A DNA stretch of 61,278 nucleotides from Prasinococcaceae sp. CCMP 1430 (GCA_013416795.1 RQSC01000020.1:142535-203812); one strand, 5' to 3'. Numbered from the stretch's first letter, positions 51,950-61,278 are shown. A program made the numbers and translations. The notes: generated from the sequence alone by a model not told the origin.

Positions 51950-53887
51950 ATGGTTCGCTCGCTGGGCGGGAGGCTCGCGCTGCTGCTCGCGGCGGCCGCG
52001 GCCGCGCTCGCCGCGTACACGGCCGCGCCGCACCGCAGCGCGCGCGCCGGCGCAGCGAGGCGCGCTGCCAGCCTCGAGTGGGACGTGGTCGTGGTCGGGG
52101 GCGGCTCGGCGGGGGCGGTCGTGGCGTCAAGGCTCAGCGCCGACCCCAGCCTGCGCGTGCTGCTGCTGGAGGCCGGCGGCGAGCTCGAGCCCAACTGGAT
52201 GACCAGGGTGCCGCTGGTGAGCGCTTTGCTGCAGCACTCCCGCATCGACTGGGCGTTTGACACGGTGCCGCAGGAGCACAGCTCTCGCGGCCTCAAACGG
52301 AATGTGTCGCAGTGGCCGCGCGGCAAGGTGCTGGGAGGGTCGAGCGTGCTGAACTACATGGCGTGGGTGCGCGGAGCGCGCGAGGACTACGAGCGTTGGC
52401 GCGACGAGTTCGGCGCCGAGGGGTGGGGATATGAGGACGTGCTGCCCTTCTTCAGGCGCGCCGAGCGGTGCTACTTTGGGCAGGGCGCGAGCTCTGCTGA
52501 GCGGGAGTTGTCGCCGCTGCGCGGTGCGGACGGCGCGCTGGCGATACGAATGGAGCAGCCGACGCTGCGGGAGGCGTCCAAGCGCTTTCTGCGCGCTTGC
52601 GCGGCCGACGAGCGCATCGGCGCGGTGGACGACTACAACGGCGAGACGATGCTCGGCTCGGGCCACACGCAGTGCAACATCGACGAGGGTGGGCGCCGGC
52701 AGGACACTGCCAGGACGTACCTCCGCAGGGAGCTACGACGAGGGAGGCCCAACCTGCACGTGGTGACGCGAGCGCACGCGGCGCGCGTCGTCTTTGGGAG
52801 GGAAAGCGGCACGGGCGAGCCGGTTGCGAAGGGTGTCGAGTTCATTGCGGATGCGCTCGGCCCCGAGGCGCCGCTTATGGCGCCCCTCGCCGCGGGCGGT
52901 GAGGTCGTGCTGTCGTCCGGCGCCGTCGGCACGCCGCTCATCCTGCAGCGCTCGGGCGTCGGCCCTGCCGATCTGCTCAAGAGCACCGGCATCGATGTCG
53001 TCGTCGCGAACGACAACGTTGGGGCTAACCTGCAGGACCACATCTTCACGCCGCTCGCGGCGGACACAAACGCACTCTCCCTCCACGCCGGAATGATCAA
53101 CCCCGCGACGATCAGCGACTACCTGTCCGAGGGCTCGGGCCCACTGGCGTCCGATTTCATCGAGGTGACCGCCTTCCTGAGCACCGGGGCGCGCCCCGAT
53201 TTGCACGGCGCGCCCGACATCCAGCTCCACTTCGTGCCTGCCCGTGGAGACACGGTGTATTGCAAGGCAATGGGTTTCGGAGAGGAGTGGTGCGACGCCA
53301 TGTGGCGCGCCCAGATGGGGGGCGTGGACTCTTACAACATGCTGCCCACGCTGCTGCACCCGCTGTCCACTGGCCACGTCAACGTGAGCTCCGCCGACCC
53401 TCTCGCACCGCCGCGCATCGACCCCAACTACCTGTCGGACGAGCACGGCACTGACGTGCGCACGCTGAGGGAAGGGCTTAGGATCGTGACTGGGCTCATC
53501 GCAAGCGAGCACTTCCGGGACATCAACGTGGGCCTCACAATGCCGTTCAATTACCCGCAAGCGTTTCGTGAAGAGGTTGGGCTGCCACTGCGCCCCGGCG
53601 ATGAGCCGACATGGCTTCTGCCGAACGCGACAGACGAGGCTTTCTGGGAGGCGTACATCCGCCAGGTTGCGCTCACGGTGTACCACCCGACGAGCACGTG
53701 CGCGATTGGCGCCGCGAATGGCAGCTCGTGCGCGCTGCCGGACATGAGCGTGCGTGGGGTGCGCGGCGTACGCGTGGCCGACGCCAGCGCGATGCCGGCA
53801 ATCACCTCGGGAAATACCAACGCACCGTGCATCATGCTCGGTGAGCGCGCAGCGGAGCTCGTCGCCGCGGCGCTGCGCGCACGGTGA
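51950..53887 (+). CDS. GMC oxidoreductase (choline/glucose dehydrogenase-like) with N-terminal signal anchor
   Basis: DVVVVGGGSAG.VVASRLS, LLLEAG, WPRGKVLGGSSVLNYM, VGANLQDH, catalytic VYHPTSTC and GNTNAP. Confidence 0.95.
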   Translation: MVRSLGGRLALLLAAAAAALAAYTAAPHRSARAGAARRAASLEWDVVVVGGGSAGAVVASRLSADPSLRVLLLEAGGELEPNWMTRVPLVSALLQHSRIDWAFDTVPQEHSSRGLKRNVSQWPRGKVLGGSSVLNYMAWVRGAREDYERWRDEFGAEGWGYEDVLPFFRRAERCYFGQGASSAERELSPLRGADGALAIRMEQPTLREASKRFLRACAADERIGAVDDYNGETMLGSGHTQCNIDEGGRRQDTARTYLRRELRRGRPNLHVVTRAHAARVVFGRESGTGEPVAKGVEFIADALGPEAPLMAPLAAGGEVVLSSGAVGTPLILQRSGVGPADLLKSTGIDVVVANDNVGANLQDHIFTPLAADTNALSLHAGMINPATISDYLSEGSGPLASDFIEVTAFLSTGARPDLHGAPDIQLHFVPARGDTVYCKAMGFGEEWCDAMWRAQMGGVDSYNMLPTLLHPLSTGHVNVSSADPLAPPRIDPNYLSDEHGTDVRTLREGLRIVTGLIASEHFRDINVGLTMPFNYPQAFREEVGLPLRPGDEPTWLLPNATDEAFWEAYIRQVALTVYHPTSTCAIGAANGSSCALPDMSVRGVRGVRVADASAMPAITSGNTNAPCIMLGERAAELVAAALRAR

Positions 53888-54046
53888 AGCGGCATTCGCG
53901 ACTGTGGCGGCTTCTAGCTAGAGTATAGCTGCGATGTGGGATTTCAAGGTGGAATATCATACAATAGAGATTGCGCGCTGTCGACCGCACGACACGGGTC
54001 CGGCGCGAGCCACGTCTAGCGCCACCGCTGTGCTCGGCGCACGACT

Positions 54047-54304
54047 TCAGCGGAAGCCCGGCACCACCAGCGGCGTCATGCCTAGCACGCACCCGACCAT
54101 CACCCCCGCGGCGCAGCCAAAGGCCTTCGCCTTATTTGCTTGTGCGCTCTCCATCATCTGGGGGGAGATCGGCGGCAGGTGGATGCCGAGCTTTGAGGCG
54201 CCGCGCTCGATGTACTTGGCCTGTTGTGACGTGCGCGCGTGTGCGGCGCAGAACACAGGGTACGGGTCAGGTTGGGTCAATGTTTGGGCGTGCGTGCGCG
54301 TGTA

Positions 54305-54342
<38 letters not shown>

Positions 54343-55187
54343 GGGTATGAGCTGGCGAGCGCGGGGTGCATCACCACGCGCGTTGTGGCGCAGTGATTTT
54401 TTTTGGGGGGGGGGTGATGAGGGGGGAGGGGTATGAGCTGGCGAGCGCGGGGTGCATCACCACGCGCGTTGTGGCGCAGTGCGTTGCCCAGTGCCAACAG
54501 CCGCGCCGCGCGGCGGCGCACCAGCGAGATGCCTAAGACGTCCGAAACCAAGTTGCCCATGGCCGCGGCCCCCATCGTGCTAAGACCCATCGCGACGCCA
54601 AGATGACTCTCGATGATGTCGCCGCTCATGATCATGATCATGTTGTCGCAAAATCCGAAGCCCACGAACGGCACGCTGCTCACGAACGCCAGCGCGCGCA
54701 TCTCGTCCCAGGTGAGGTCGCGCAGGCATGGCTTGCGGCCCCTTACGTTGCCGATACCGTGCGCCGCGTTCCACTCGTCGCGGTCGATCACGCCGTCCTC
54801 GTTTGCGTCGTGCGCCGCGTTCCACTCGTCGCGGTCGATCACGCCGTCCTCGTTTGCGTCAATGGTGTCGAAGTCGCCACTCGCAAACGTCGTGCGGATG
54901 GGCGACGCGGCGCGCAGCCGAGCGCGCAGAGCGTCCGCGGAGCCTCCATCGAGCGCGCGCACGAGCGCGTCAACGTCCTCCGGCGTGCGCACCCGCCTTG
55001 CGAGCTCCCTCATCGCCCTCTGCCCCTCAGAATCCCTCCCCCCCTCCGCGCCCGTCGCGTACCCCCCCGCAAGCCACCCGTGCCGCCCGCCCGCTCCGCC
55101 AGCGGCGGCTGCGCCCGCGCCCCGCCCGCAGCCCGCTCGGTGAGCCCTATCAAACAAAACGCATGCAATCCCCACGCCCGTCGGCAT
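54047..55187 (-). CDS. TMEM65: TMEM65-like mitochondrial membrane protein with N-terminal EF-hand; intron 54221-54521; start uncertain
   Basis: SSVPFVGFGFCDNMIMIMSGDIIE..LG...LSTMGAAAMGNLVSD, exon 2 G...GV.VGCVLGM.PL, and EF-hand DANEDGVIDRDEW. Confidence 0.8.
54305..54481. repeat. G37 homopolymer plus an exact 53-bp direct repeat in the TMEM65 intron
   Basis: G run at 54305-54341; identical copies at 54343-54395 and 54429-54481. Confidence 0.9.
54759..54860. repeat. Exact 51-bp tandem repeat duplicating the EF-hand loop of TMEM65
   Basis: Copies at 54759-54809 and 54810-54860 are identical (DANEDGVIDRDEWNAAH x2). Confidence 0.95.
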
Positions 55188-55286
55188 TCATACCCAATCA
55201 TTAACAGACGTATTATCCACACACGGGAGACTTATCACTCACCGCTGGAACCCACGTCATTTTGATTTGGAACCCTTAAGTTTTAA

Positions 55287-55986
55287 GGAATCCATTCTTT
55301 CCATTTATATGTACACTTTCACCAGATTGTGGATTCCATTCGGTGAGATCTTTCGTCGTTGACTTCCGCGGCTTCGCGTGGGATAGATACGTGCACATAC
55401 ATTTCATGGAGAAACGTCGGTTGAGATTTCGATTTGCATTTTCCCGTCGCCGCAGGGCCGCGCGCGCGCGCGCACGCGCGCACGTCGCGCGCATGGAGAG
55501 CCGCCTCAGCTGCGAGAGGGGTGGGTACGTACGTAGCACGGCACAGACGCACACACACGCGTGCGCACACACACACACAGGGTACACACACACCTACACA
55601 CACACGCACACACCTACACACACACACGCACATACACACACACACACACACGCACACACACGCACACGCACACACACGCACACGCACACGCATACGCGCA
55701 CGCACTCGCACGCGTACCTTATCTGGTCGGCCCCGGCGGCGCGATCCCCGCGCGCCCCGCGGATTCGCCCGCGGAATGCGCGCCGGCAGCCTGCGCGCGC
55801 ATGGCAAACGGCGGGTCGAAATGGGGTCGAATTTGGTTCCGGCGAAACGGAGCGGGGGCGGGGCGCGCGCGCGCGCGCGGGCAATGGGGTTCCAAACGCA
55901 TCGAAATATCTTTGGATTCCATTATCTGGTTAGATGTATGTACATGTAATGCGGATAAGGATTCGGTATGAATTGTTGGATTCCGT
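55287..55986. promoter_or_regulatory. GGATTCC/GGAATCC cluster and I-box-like GATAAG upstream of the LHC-like exon
   Basis: GGAATCCAT at 55287, TGGATTCCAT at 55330 and 55913, TGGATTCCGT at 55977, GGATAAGG at 55953-55960. Confidence 0.4.
55547..55714. repeat. Compound (CA)n/(CACG)n microsatellite
   Basis: About 170 bp of mostly alternating purine-pyrimidine sequence between TMEM65 and the LHC-like exon. Confidence 0.95.
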
Positions 55987-56090
55987 GTAGTGGGGGGGAT
56001 TGAGGCGCGGATTGCGCCCGCGCGGCCCCGCACGCCACACCGCGCGCGCCAGGCCCGACCCCCCTCCCCCCCCCTACGCCACCCGACGCC

Positions 56091-56208
56091 ATGGCGTTCG
56101 CCGCGAAGAGCTTCATCGGCTCGGCCGCCCGCGTGGCGGCCACCACCAACGGCGGCAAGACCCGCGCCATGGCCGCCAAGCCCTCGGGCAGCCTCTCCAA
56201 GTTCTACG
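56091..56208 (+). CDS. First exon of a probable light-harvesting complex (LHC) gene; downstream exons not found
   Basis: Transit peptide MAFAAKSFIGSAARVAATTNGGKTRAMA followed by SGSLSKFYG (compare the LHC L.KWYGPDR motif) and a GTGCGC donor at 56209. Confidence 0.5.
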
Positions 56209-56989
56209 GTGCGCGAGCGCGCGCGCCGCGCGGCGGCGGGCACGCTCGCGTTATCTGCGTGCGCCCGCTTTTTTTTTTTTTTTTTTTTACGGTCTCCACC
56301 TGCTTTAGCCGCGTGTCGCAGCATCGCCGCCGCCTCGCGCGCCCCGAAATCCCGAACCGACCGACCGCCCCGACCCACAGCGGCGCGGAGCGGCGCGGCA
56401 GAGGCAGAGGCGGAGGCGGAGGCGGCAGCGCGCGCCACCACAGTGGCGCCCCCCCGCGACCCCACCCCCTCCCCCTCCCGTCCCGCGCAGCCGCCGGTCA
56501 GATGCCCACGCGCCCGAACAGCTCCGCGCCCGAGAGTCGCCCGTGGTGTCAGATGATCTCACTCCAAGATGTTTATCTTTTAGAGACCCTCTTCGTGGGA
56601 CCTTACCTAAAAATGCCGATTGCGCTCGGGCGGCGAGTGTTTGAGGCGATTTCATTTCGTTTTGACGCGCTCCCTGCCGTTGGGCTCGCGCTCAAACCCG
56701 AACCCTCGGCGTTCCCCGATCGCGTGTACGAAACATCCGTGCGCGCGCTCGCGCGGCGCTGGTCCAGGCCCGCGGGGGGAGCACGGGAGTGGGGACGTGT
56801 AGCTCTGGCTGGTCGTTGGAGGTGAGTGGGGGGGGAGGTGGGTACCCGCGGGATGTGCGGCACAGCAGCGTGCGGGCCCGCTGCGGGCCACGGCCGGCCG
56901 CGTCGCGTCGCGTGGCGGGCGGCGCGGCAGGGCGGGGCGGGGCAGGGCGCAGCGTAGCGCAGCGCTAAGAAAGTCAGGGGGCCGCTGCG

Positions 56990-59017
56990 ATGGACAGCTC
57001 TGCCGCGCCGGCGGCGCGGCTGGCGCAGTCGTCGGTGGTGATGGACGACCTGCTGTCCGGTCTGAACGAGTGGCGCAACATTCAGGATGTGGTTCGCCTG
57101 ACGGTGCGCGTAGGCGTGGGCGCTCGCGCGCCGGGCACGCACGAAAAGGAAGCTCGCAAGCCGGCGCACGCTGACGCGCGCATGGCCTCATCCAATCCCA
57201 CACACAACCCCATCCCTGCGCGCGCTCCCCACTCGCCCGACTCGGCGTGTGCGTGCGGGCGCGGCGCGCGATACAGTTCAAAGCATTTTATGACGTGCTG
57301 CGCGCGCAGGGCGACACCATCCGGTCCCTTGAGGCGCAGCTCGAGGACAAGGCCAGCCACGCGCAGGTGACGCGCATCGCGGAGGCGCTGGGTGCGCCTG
57401 GCACACTGCGCGCGACGCTCGCGGAGCTCGGGGGCGCGCTCGCCGACAAGGTAGACGCGGCCGAGCTACGTAGCGCGCTCGCGCGGCGCGTGACTCGCGC
57501 CGATCTGGAGGCTGCAATCGAGGGGCGGCCCCGCCTCGCCGAGGTGCAGCACGCGCTCGATATGAAGGCAACCACAGAGGACGTCGACGCGCTCGCCGCG
57601 CGCGTGGTCCAGCTCGGCGCGGAGCTCGAGGCCAAGGCCGACGCGCGAGAAACCGAGCGCGCGCTTAGCACCAAGGCCGAGGCATCGGAGCTGCGCGGGG
57701 CGATTGCGGATGCGACCAGCGCCGCTGACATGGCCGTGCGCATGGAGGGCATGGTGCCTCGAGAGCATCTAGCGGGCGCCATGGCGGAGAAGGTCGACAG
57801 GGCGGACCTCGAGATGACCGTGTCGTCTCTCCGCGACGAAATCTTGCAGCTCGAGCACACGAAGCTGCGCGCGGGTCGGGAGGAGACCGCCGCGCTGCGC
57901 GCCGAGGTGAAGCGCCAGGGCGCCGAAATTTGCGCGCTGCGCGACGAGCAGCGAAGGATGGCAGAGCGCGCCCGCGAAGACACCGACACCGCCGCCTCCG
58001 CGCTGCGCGCCTTCAACGCAAATTTCGATGGGGCCCTGGCCGACATGCGTCGGCAGCTTGCGACCGTCGAGGAGGCCGCCGCCAGCGGCGGAGGTCGCGC
58101 AGGCGCTGAAGCACTAATGGACGCGCTTGACGAGAAAGTCGATCGCGAGGAGATGCGTCACTGGCTTGAGCTCAAGTCGGACGTCGCGCAAGTCAACGAG
58201 GCGCTGGCACAGAAGGCGAACATCTCGGCCGTCAACGAGGCCCTCGAGCGCGCTGAGAGCTCGCGCGCAGCGAGTGGCGCGACCGCCAATAGTCAGCTGG
58301 CGGACAAGGCAAACCTCAGCGACGTGTGCGCGCTGCTCGACGCCAAGGCGGGCATCGACGACGTCAACCGCGTGCTGTCCGAGGTCAACTCAGAGCTCGA
58401 GGCGCGCGCGACGGTGGACGACCTGCGGCGGACCGTCCAAGACCTTTGCTCGGAGGCTGCGGTGGCCAGGTGGATATGGAAGACCGGGAAGACCAAGGCC
58501 GGCAACGCCGTGCCATGGAACGTGCAGAGCGTCAACACGGACCCCTCCAACTTCCTGTGGGAACGCGACAAGGCCACTGTGGTCGCGGTGGCGCCGGGGC
58601 TCTACGAGGTCACCTTCGGATTCTTCACGCGACGGAAGCCCTCTGTGCGGCTGCTGGTGAATGGCGAGCCTGTGTTGGCGGCTGTCAACAGCGCGAGCTA
58701 TGTCGTGCACCATTCGAGTGGGCGGCTTACCAACGGTGCGTCAGACAGATTGCGCGCGCACGAGTGTGCGTGGGCGTGTACCCTGGGAAAAGCTCAGCGC
58801 TACAAGCGACTGTCCGTGATGCTGACCCTGCACCTGCCGGTATAAACCCACGCCGCCCCAACCCGCGCCCCCGCTTGCAGTCGGGCGGCACCCCGCTGGG
58901 AACGTCACAGGCCTCACCCTCATTGACTTTCTCGCGCTGCCGGCCAAGGCGAGGGTGGCAATCACGTATGCGGGCGAGGAGGGGGGCGAGGGATTCCTTA
59001 GCCTCAAGAAGCTCTGA
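56990..59017 (+). CDS. Conserved coiled-coil protein with C-terminal C1q/TNF-like beta domain; introns 57104-57276 and 58736-58880
   Basis: WRNIQDVVRLT|FKA, repeated L..KAD coiled-coil units, and WIWKTG...VPWNVQSVNTDPSNFLWE...PGLYEV.FGFF...NGEPVL. Confidence 0.6.
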
Positions 59018-59379
59018 CCAAGCTAGGATCCAGCGCCGGCCTTCCAAGCCGTCAGCTTGGTCACCGCGCGCCGCCTGCCATGCATGTGTTGCAGCCCAGT
59101 AAGCGAGGACCTTCCGCATGCGCACGTCGACGCGCGGTGGCAAAATCGAACGAGTCTCTTATCCGCGGCGCGCCCAGCGCGCGCGCAAAGCCCACCCTGC
59201 CACGCGCCCGCTGCCGAAGTGAGGTGCGCGCACGGGGCTGCGCACATGCACAGTCACATATGCGCAGCGATCGCCGTGCCATCGCGACGTCGACTCCGTG
59301 TGCCTGAGATGTACCTCAGGAGTCCAGCGCCGCCGCCGCCTCCTTCTTGGGCGCGAGGGGTCTCGTCCGGCGCCTTTTG

Positions 59380-61278
59380 TTACGGCCGCACGGGCTTCTC
59401 CAAAACGGCTGCAAGGCTTGTGTTGCCGGTGGAGAGTGTGGAACCTCGGCGCCCCTCGAGCATTTGAATGAGGCTTTGTGGGAGCTGCGAGCTGAAGGAC
59501 CCACGCGTCATCCCTTTGCCCACGCAGGCATCATCGAGGGGAGTGAGCTCCGTGGACAGCTCGGCTGCGGCGTGCAGCGCGCCGATCTGACTGATGTGAG
59601 CGGCGTGTGCTGCGGCCATGTTCATGGCCGCACCGTTGGCAAGCACGGAGGGCAGAGGCGCGGTCGCCGTGGTGGCGGGTTGAGCCCCCGCGGCGGTCGA
59701 GCCGTTGGCGGTGGCCAACGCAGGCATCTGCATGAGGTTGGGGTACAGCAATGGGTTGAGGCCTAGCGGCGGTTGCACGGCCACCATGGGGGGCGCTGCG
59801 GTCGCCGTTGCCGCCTTGCTGGCATCCCCGTTGGTATCTGCCGGCAAAGCCGCGCCGGGCGCGCCTGGAGCCGTCTGCCCCGCCGCCGCACCATTCCCCC
59901 CTTGCCCCGCAGCGTACTGCTGCAGAGAGCCTGCGCTGCCCACGCCGCCTACGCCCCTCACGCCCCCCACGCCCGCAGGGCTCAGAGCCCCCATCGGGCC
60001 ACCTGTGCTGGCAATTGCCGCGACGTTGGAAGCGCTGAGTGGCGCGCTCGCGCCCAGGTTGTTGAGCTCGCCCGACTTGAGCAGGTCAGAGATGGTGCGG
60101 TCGGGGTCGCATGCGGCCAGCTGCGTGAGCACCTGCATGACAGCGTCCTGTGCCGCTTTCGATGCGACGCTCGCGATGGTCGATTGGATGGAGGTGTGCA
60201 GATTGTCTGCCGCGCCGGACAGCGAGGGCGCGGCGCGGTCCTGTTGTTGCATGGCCGCCAGGGCCGCGCGCGGCGAGGCCATGTCGGCGCCCGCCGCGGC
60301 CGCTTGCGTCTGCGCGGTCGTCGGCGGCGGGGCGGTGGGAATTGGCGCCGTGAAGGAGCCGCGCCGACTCTTGTTGGGGAGCGGCGGCGCGTCCGGGTCG
60401 GCCGTCGGCGCCGTGGGTGACGGGACCGAGATGCCCGGATGGTGGGACCCGACCGTCGCTACCGGTACCGCGAGCGTCAGCGCGCCACCCGCCTGCGCGT
60501 ACGCGGCCGGCTTGCGTTTGCGCGGCGCGGAGGGGCGCGGGGCGCCGCCGCCCGCGGCGTCCTTCCGTGGCCGCTTCGCCGAGCCCGTCGCCGCGGCTCC
60601 CCCCGCCTTCCCACCCGGGACGGGGGGGAACGAGCCCCGGGCGCCCGCGCCGCCCGCCTTGGCCGCCTGCCACGCGGGCGCCTTGCCACCAGCACTGCTC
60701 ACCGCCTGGAGCGCCGCTCCACCGCCGGCGCCGCCCGACGCGCCCGCCTTGCCGCCGTTGGCCTTCGCCCGTGCCGCCGCCGCCTGCGCCGTGCTGTGCC
60801 GCTTCTTTCTCTGCACGCCCGTGTGGCACGTCACCGGCCCGTTCGAGCACCAGCACGCGTTCGAGCAGCGCGGGCACAGCGCCGGGTCGATGGTGCAGCC
60901 CGTGAGCTTGTAGCGGCCGGCGCAGTCGAACGTGTGGTAGCGGCACTGGCACAGCGGGCACTTGGCCGCCTTGTTCGGATCGGTGAACGACGCGCTGCAC
61001 TTGTGGCACGCGCCCTTGAAGACGTCGGGCGCACCCTCGCCGCCGAGCGCGGCCGTCTTCTTCTTGCCGCCCTTGGCCTGCACGGGCGACGGCGGCTGGG
61101 CAGCCGCGCCACCCTTGGCCTTGCTGCCGCCCTTGGAGCCCTGCGCCACCGCGTCCGGTGGTCTGACCCCTACGAGTACCGCCGCTGCCGTCGCGGCGGC
61201 CGCCGCCGCGCCCTTGCCCCCGTCGGCGTCGCTGTCGCCAGCCGCGGCCTGCAGCGGCGCACTCGCCTGCACCGACTG
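59380..61278 (-). CDS. Low-complexity nuclear protein with zf-4CXXC_R1-like (RING-like) zinc finger; runs off the window
   Basis: CHKC...CPLC...YH..DC..RY...CPRC..ACWC, basic NLS-like patches (KKRH, KRPRK, RKRK) and an Ala/Gly/Pro/Gln-rich remainder. Confidence 0.55.
   Translation of the reverse strand, partial: QSVQASAPLQAAAGDSDADGGKGAAAAAATAAAVLVGVRPPDAVAQGSKGGSKAKGGAAAQPPSPVQAKGGKKKTAALGGEGAPDVFKGACHKCSASFTDPNKAAKCPLCQCRYHTFDCAGRYKLTGCTIDPALCPRCSNACWCSNGPVTCHTGVQRKKRHSTAQAAAARAKANGGKAGASGGAGGGAALQAVSSAGGKAPAWQAAKAGGAGARGSFPPVPGGKAGGAAATGSAKRPRKDAAGGGAPRPSAPRKRKPAAYAQAGGALTLAVPVATVGSHHPGISVPSPTAPTADPDAPPLPNKSRRGSFTAPIPTAPPPTTAQTQAAAAGADMASPRAALAAMQQQDRAAPSLSGAADNLHTSIQSTIASVASKAAQDAVMQVLTQLAACDPDRTISDLLKSGELNNLGASAPLSASNVAAIASTGGPMGALSPAGVGGVRGVGGVGSAGSLQQYAAGQGGNGAAAGQTAPGAPGAALPADTNGDASKAATATAAPPMVAVQPPLGLNPLLYPNLMQMPALATANGSTAAGAQPATTATAPLPSVLANGAAMNMAAAHAAHISQIGALHAAAELSTELTPLDDACVGKGMTRGSFSSQLPQSLIQMLEGRRGSTLSTGNTSLAAVLEKPVRP

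Noticed and set aside
7052-53887. Possible glycan-modification gene cluster (acyltransferase-3, GT, LysM, GH2, GMC oxidoreductase)
   Set aside because: The genes are separated by unrelated housekeeping genes, with no adjacency or shared regulatory signature.
54305-54341. G37 run as a functional G-quadruplex
   Set aside because: It sits beside exact duplications and most likely reflects a sequencing or assembly artefact.
4866-58880. Introner-like repeated introns (known in some prasinophytes)
   Set aside because: The introns share only splice signals; no extended similarity between them was visible by eye.

Overview
Gene-dense, very GC- and CpG-rich eukaryotic nuclear DNA. It most likely comes from a prasinophyte-grade green alga. 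This is an inference from a green-lineage-type eS7, a plastid transit peptide or LHC-like exon, TGTAA poly(A) signals, and GTGCG donors with CTGAC branch sites. About 26 protein-coding loci are present: SixA-like phosphatase, degenerate CCT/BBS-type chaperonin, FPGS, acyltransferase-3, MadBub (BUB1/BUBR1), RPS7, guanylate kinase, purple acid phosphatase, NDUFAF2-like, NSE4, prefoldin 1, METTL13-like methyltransferase, SMYD, B4GALNT-like glycosyltransferase, HSCB, a 4xLysM protein, BUD31-like, NOP14, DUF218-like, GH2 beta-galactosidase, bestrophin-like, a large Pmp/TNFR/IPT secreted protein, SDF2, GMC oxidoreductase, TMEM65, an LHC-like first exon, a coiled-coil/C1q-like protein and a zf-4CXXC-like protein. 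There are two N gaps. I found no rRNA, tRNA, CRISPR array or intact transposon. The most notable observations are five. (1) A ~300-bp bacterial-looking fragment (M13 peptidase C-terminus plus a Rho-independent terminator) sits in the 5' end of an algal gene. (2) 21 consecutive genes alternate strand strictly. (3) The MadBub has about 11 ABBA-like motifs, KEN2 changed to SEN, and a dead kinase domain. (4) GT12/B4GALNT-like and BBS-chaperonin-like genes occur in a green alga. (5) A candidate structured RNA carries three GNRA-capped hairpins. Several oddities could be assembly artefacts and are flagged as such. All family assignments are from motif recognition by eye; no database search was run.
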